Of a DNA stretch of 64,000 nt, positions 60,839-64,000 are shown one piece after another (within the stretch, counting starts at the first letter, position 1; every line of letters begins with the position of its first letter). Source of the stretch: Simkaniaceae bacterium. Lineage in GTDB: Bacteria; Chlamydiota; Chlamydiia; Chlamydiales; Simkaniaceae. The stretch is taken from positions 1,843-65,842 of the forward strand of contig JBFWSA010000005.1 of assembly GCA_050248615.1 (NCBI GenBank), given 5' to 3'. The position numbers and the translations under genes were made by a program. Below the pieces are notes generated by a model. That model saw only the letters and a program-made list of their open reading frames with translations. It had not been told where the DNA came from and searched no databases.

Positions 60839-61999
60839 ATGCTTTTCTTATCGTTAAAGATTTTGATCGGAGATAAAGCCAAATTTATTGGGATCATCTT
60901 AGGCCTTAGCTTTTCGGCTTTGATCATCACCCAACAAGCGGCCATCTTTGTAGGGCTCATGACCCGCACCTTTGGATTTATCACTGACACGTCTCAGCCT
61001 AACATTTGGGTGATGGATGAAAAAGTGCGTTACATCGATGACATGAAACCGCTCAGAGACACGCAGCTTTATCAAGTGAGAGGGATAGAAGGGGTCGAGT
61101 GGGCCGTTCCTTTTTATAAAGGTCTTCTGAAGGCGCGCCTGCGCAATGGAAATTTCCAAATGTGTAATGTGATTGGCATTGATGATGCGACACTCATTGG
61201 AGGTCCCCCTCGGATGCTTGAGGGAGAATTGACCGACCTTAGACTCACTGATGCCATCATTGTGAATAAGGAAGGGGCCAATGACAAACTCGCTATCGAT
61301 GCAGGAAGAAATGGAAGGAATCTCATTCCCCTCCAAGTGGGAGAAACCCTTGAAGTCAACGACCACCGCGCAAAAGTGGTGGGTATTTGTGAAACAACCC
61401 GCACCTTCCAGTCTCAGCCCGTGATCTATACGACCTATTCACGTGCCACGACCTTTGCCCCTTTCGAGCGGAAGCTGCTCTCCTATGTTTTGGTAAAATC
61501 TAAACCAGGAGTCGACCCTCAAGTTCTCTGTCAAAGGATCGGTCAGTACACGGGACTCAAAGCCTATACCAGCCCAGCATTCAAAAAATTAACCGTTGAA
61601 TACTATATGTGGCAAACCGGAATCCTCTTAAATTTCGGGGTGGCAGTCTTTTTAGGGTTTGTCATTGGGGTCGCCATTTCAGGCCAAACCTTCTATAACT
61701 TTATTCTGGATAATTTGCGCTTCCTCGCCACCTTTAAAGCCATGGGAGCGAATAACCGCCTCCTGACAAAAATGGTGCTTCTCCAAGCCGCTTGGGTGGG
61801 ATTTATCGGATGGGGATTAGGCATTGGAATCGCTGCCCTTTTCGGTATTCTTTCGCGCAATAGCCCCTTATCCTTCTTGCTCCCTTGGGAACTTTATGCG
61901 CTGAGTTGCGTGGTGATGTTTTTGATTACCGGTCTTGCAGCCTGGATTGGGCTCTACCGGGTGTATCGGGTCGACCCTGCCATCGTGTTTAAGAGTTAA
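60839..61999 (+). CDS. ABC transporter permease (DevC/MacB FtsX-like)
   Basis: 386 aa. N-terminal TM helix, large periplasmic domain, three C-terminal TM helices (FtsX domain). Confidence 0.8.
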   Translation: MLFLSLKILIGDKAKFIGIILGLSFSALIITQQAAIFVGLMTRTFGFITDTSQPNIWVMDEKVRYIDDMKPLRDTQLYQVRGIEGVEWAVPFYKGLLKARLRNGNFQMCNVIGIDDATLIGGPPRMLEGELTDLRLTDAIIVNKEGANDKLAIDAGRNGRNLIPLQVGETLEVNDHRAKVVGICETTRTFQSQPVIYTTYSRATTFAPFERKLLSYVLVKSKPGVDPQVLCQRIGQYTGLKAYTSPAFKKLTVEYYMWQTGILLNFGVAVFLGFVIGVAISGQTFYNFILDNLRFLATFKAMGANNRLLTKMVLLQAAWVGFIGWGLGIGIAALFGILSRNSPLSFLLPWELYALSCVVMFLITGLAAWIGLYRVYRVDPAIVFKS

Positions 62000-62002
62000 T
62001 CT

Positions 62003-62701
62003 ATGGATAATGTCGCCGTAAAATGTGAAAAAATTCATAAATCCTTCGGAGAAGGAGCCCTCCGTTTTGAAGTCCTCCATGGGGTCAACCTAGAGGTAAA
62101 ACGGGGAGAGCTGCTCATGTTAGTGGGCCCTTCAGGTTCGGGGAAAACGACATTGATCTCTATTATCGCGGGCATTCTTGGCTACGACGCAGGAGAGTGC
62201 ACGATTTTTGGCCACAATCTCAATACCCTATCCGACGCAGAAAAAACCATCTTTCGGGGAAAAAATCTGGGGTATGTTTTCCAAGCATTCAATCTTATTC
62301 CCATGCTTTCCAATGCCGAAAACGTTTCTATTCCTCTTCTCTTAAATGGAGTCGAGCGCCTAGAAGCTCTCAGGCAAGCCAAAGAGCGCTTAGAACAATT
62401 TGGTTTGGGGGATAAAACCAACACCTATCCTAACGAGTTATCAGGAGGGCAGCAACAGAGAGTTGCCATCGCACGCGCTGTGATTCATAACCCTGATCTC
62501 ATCGTCTGTGACGAACCTACCAGCGCTTTAGACCACGAAAATGGAACCCTTGTGCTCAAACATTTGCGTGAAATTGTCACTAAAGAAAACCGCGCCCTGA
62601 TCGTCGTCACCCATGACTCCCGCATTTTTGAATTTGCCGACCGTATCGTTCACATGGAAGATGGGGTCATCACAGAAACCAAAGAAAATCACAACCACTA
62701 A
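62003..62701 (+). CDS. ABC transporter ATP-binding protein (DevA/MacB/LolD type)
   Basis: 232 aa. Walker A GPSGSGKTT, signature LSGGQQQR, Walker B LIVCDEPTSALD. Confidence 0.95.
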   Translation: MDNVAVKCEKIHKSFGEGALRFEVLHGVNLEVKRGELLMLVGPSGSGKTTLISIIAGILGYDAGECTIFGHNLNTLSDAEKTIFRGKNLGYVFQAFNLIPMLSNAENVSIPLLLNGVERLEALRQAKERLEQFGLGDKTNTYPNELSGGQQQRVAIARAVIHNPDLIVCDEPTSALDHENGTLVLKHLREIVTKENRALIVVTHDSRIFEFADRIVHMEDGVITETKENHNH

Positions 62702-62722
62702 CGCACAATGCGGGTTATTTTA

Positions 62723-62886
62723 ACGCGTATTCTGACTTAAATCTTTATCAAAAGGATTAGATTTTTGATGAGATTTTCAGAAAAATCTGCGAAGGAGATA
62801 GCCAAAGCGCTATCTTCGAGCAGTTTTTCCTGAAAAGATCGCAAAAAGATAGCCCTTTTCATAAAGATTTAAGCCAGAATACGCGT
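62723..62886. mobile_element. foldback MITE-like element, family FB-B copy B (164-bp core, TA on both flanks)
   Basis: ACGCGTATTCTGACTTAAATCTTTATCAAAAGG...CCTTTTCATAAAGATTTAAGCCAGAATACGCGT. The central block GATTTTTGATGAGATTTTCAGAAAAATCTGCGAAGGAGATAGCCAAAGCGCTATCTTCGAGCAG matches copy A. Confidence 0.85.
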
Positions 62887-63929
62887 TACTTGAGCCCGGT
62901 GCAAGTAAACCAGTCAAAAATGGCGTAATTATTATCTCCATCATTGTGGGCAGCGAAAACTCCTGTGGGATAATGAGGAGGGATGGGAAGAGCGGTGGAG
63001 GCAATGCCATCACTGCGCCACACATCATGGAGGGCAAAGGATTTGATAAATTTATTCTTTCCTTCCCGGTTATACACCTTAAAGGTGGAGTCTCCTTGAC
63101 TAGAGACAACGATATATCCTTTACGATTGGGTTTGCGGTAGATAGATAACCCTTCCCGGTCTCCACGAATATTATCTTGGACTCCAAACATTTGGATGAA
63201 AGGATCTTTCCCAACGGAAGGATCGGCAAAGTATTTCAAAATGGCATGTCTTTCATCGGAACAGTAAAAATACCCCCATTCATCATCCGCTACCATCCCT
63301 TCAACAAAACTCTTTTGATCTTTCTTCCCAAACTTGCGAACAATGGTCCCTTTAAACTTTCCCGTTCCATCATCTTCAAGCATAATCTGATGAATATTGT
63401 CTGTCTCTTTCCGTGAAAGAAAAGCAAAAAGCTGTCCATCAGATAGACGTTTGTACAAGCAAATCCCGTAGGTTCTGTCGGGAAATCCAGAAGAGATTCC
63501 ACCAAGCGTTGTAATATCAATGAGTTTGCGCGTCTCTTTATCCATCTTGAAAATTTTCATCTCATTGGTGCTCCGTATCCCACACGCCACCACATCGATC
63601 ACCTCCCCTCCAAGATTGACATCATAACGGACACTGACCCCTACAGGACGATTGAGGCGCTCGGAACGACTTACCTGCTTACCACTCATATCAAACACAT
63701 AGAGAGCTCCCATAGGAGCTTTATCATTGCAAATAAGAACACTATTGATCGGGTTATCACGATCTGCCCAAATAGCCACTTCATCTGCCCTTCCAGGAAG
63801 AGAGCGGGTCTTGGCTCGAGAACGGGCCCCTTCTCTTGTGGCACGATGCCGAAAATCTGCGCACCCCACAAAAAAAAGGGGAAGAAGGAGTATCCAAAAA
63901 GGAATTAAAGACGTTTTCTTGCGATCCAT
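62886..63929 (-). CDS. beta-propeller phytase (3-phytase) lipoprotein
   Basis: 347 aa. Lipobox LFFVGC. ADEVAIWADRDNP, VEGMVADDEWGYFYCSDE and REGLSIYRKPNRKGYIVVSSQGDSTFKVYNREGKN match the Bacillus PhyC-type BPP blocks. Confidence 0.85.
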   Translation of the reverse strand: MDRKKTSLIPFWILLLPLFFVGCADFRHRATREGARSRAKTRSLPGRADEVAIWADRDNPINSVLICNDKAPMGALYVFDMSGKQVSRSERLNRPVGVSVRYDVNLGGEVIDVVACGIRSTNEMKIFKMDKETRKLIDITTLGGISSGFPDRTYGICLYKRLSDGQLFAFLSRKETDNIHQIMLEDDGTGKFKGTIVRKFGKKDQKSFVEGMVADDEWGYFYCSDERHAILKYFADPSVGKDPFIQMFGVQDNIRGDREGLSIYRKPNRKGYIVVSSQGDSTFKVYNREGKNKFIKSFALHDVWRSDGIASTALPIPPHYPTGVFAAHNDGDNNYAIFDWFTCTGLK

Positions 63930-64000
63930 ATAAGCAGTATGGCAACTCCTATGGTAATGGGCAACATGATGGTATAAAGATATTCCGCCATAACGGCTGC
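63905..64000 (-). CDS. 3' end of a membrane-protein gene continuing beyond the window
   Basis: The minus-strand frame is open from the window edge: ...AAVMAEYLYTIMLPITIGVAILLIWIARKRL*. It overlaps the phytase start by 25 nt. Too short to classify. Confidence 0.3.
   Translation of the reverse strand, partial: AAVMAEYLYTIMLPITIGVAILLIWIARKRL

Overview
This 64-kb window is gene-dense bacterial chromosome. By inference it comes from an environmental, amoeba-associated member of the Chlamydiae (Simkania/Parachlamydia-like). That rests on three cysteine-poor MOMP-like porin paralogs, a YhhQ-Tgt pair, several eukaryote-like proteins and very AT-rich promoter spacers, not on any search. About 60 protein genes are mostly housekeeping: rplM-rpsI, miaB, mtaB, ligA, glgB, hflX, radC, gltA, mdh, purU, bolA-grxD, mscS, yhhQ-tgt, typA, trkH, NDH-2, transaldolase, rtcB and a four-gene HlyD/OMF/permease/ATPase efflux cluster. 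There are two tRNAs (Ala-TGC, Ile-GAT). I see no rRNA, CRISPR array, prophage or transposase gene.

The most striking signal is non-coding. The window holds at least six sequence families of TA-flanked, whole-length foldback (hairpin) MITE-like elements of about 128-167 bp, several exactly 164 bp. There are 11 full-size copies plus short 34-35 bp solo palindromes and one nested remnant.
- Three copies interrupt ORFs: a GH8 glycosidase and two hypothetical genes. Removing each element plus one flanking repeat restores the reading frame exactly.
- Four copies sit exactly on the TA of a stop codon and regenerate TAA or TAG.
- Two elements rewrite gene C-termini.
- Between copies, the two arms carry the same substitutions, so the hairpin is preserved.

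Other items worth follow-up:
- a 2H-phosphoesterase/archease fusion overlapping rtcB
- a CKSSTDRT (CX5R) phosphoinositide-phosphatase-like protein
- a beta-propeller phytase lipoprotein
- an NDH-2 fused to a cyclic-nucleotide-binding domain
- a eukaryote-type sulfotransferase with a signal peptide
- a hicAB module with a frameshifted hicA
- an EarP-like GT-B candidate

Everything was read by eye. Element ends are good to about +/-2 nt, and no database search was possible.
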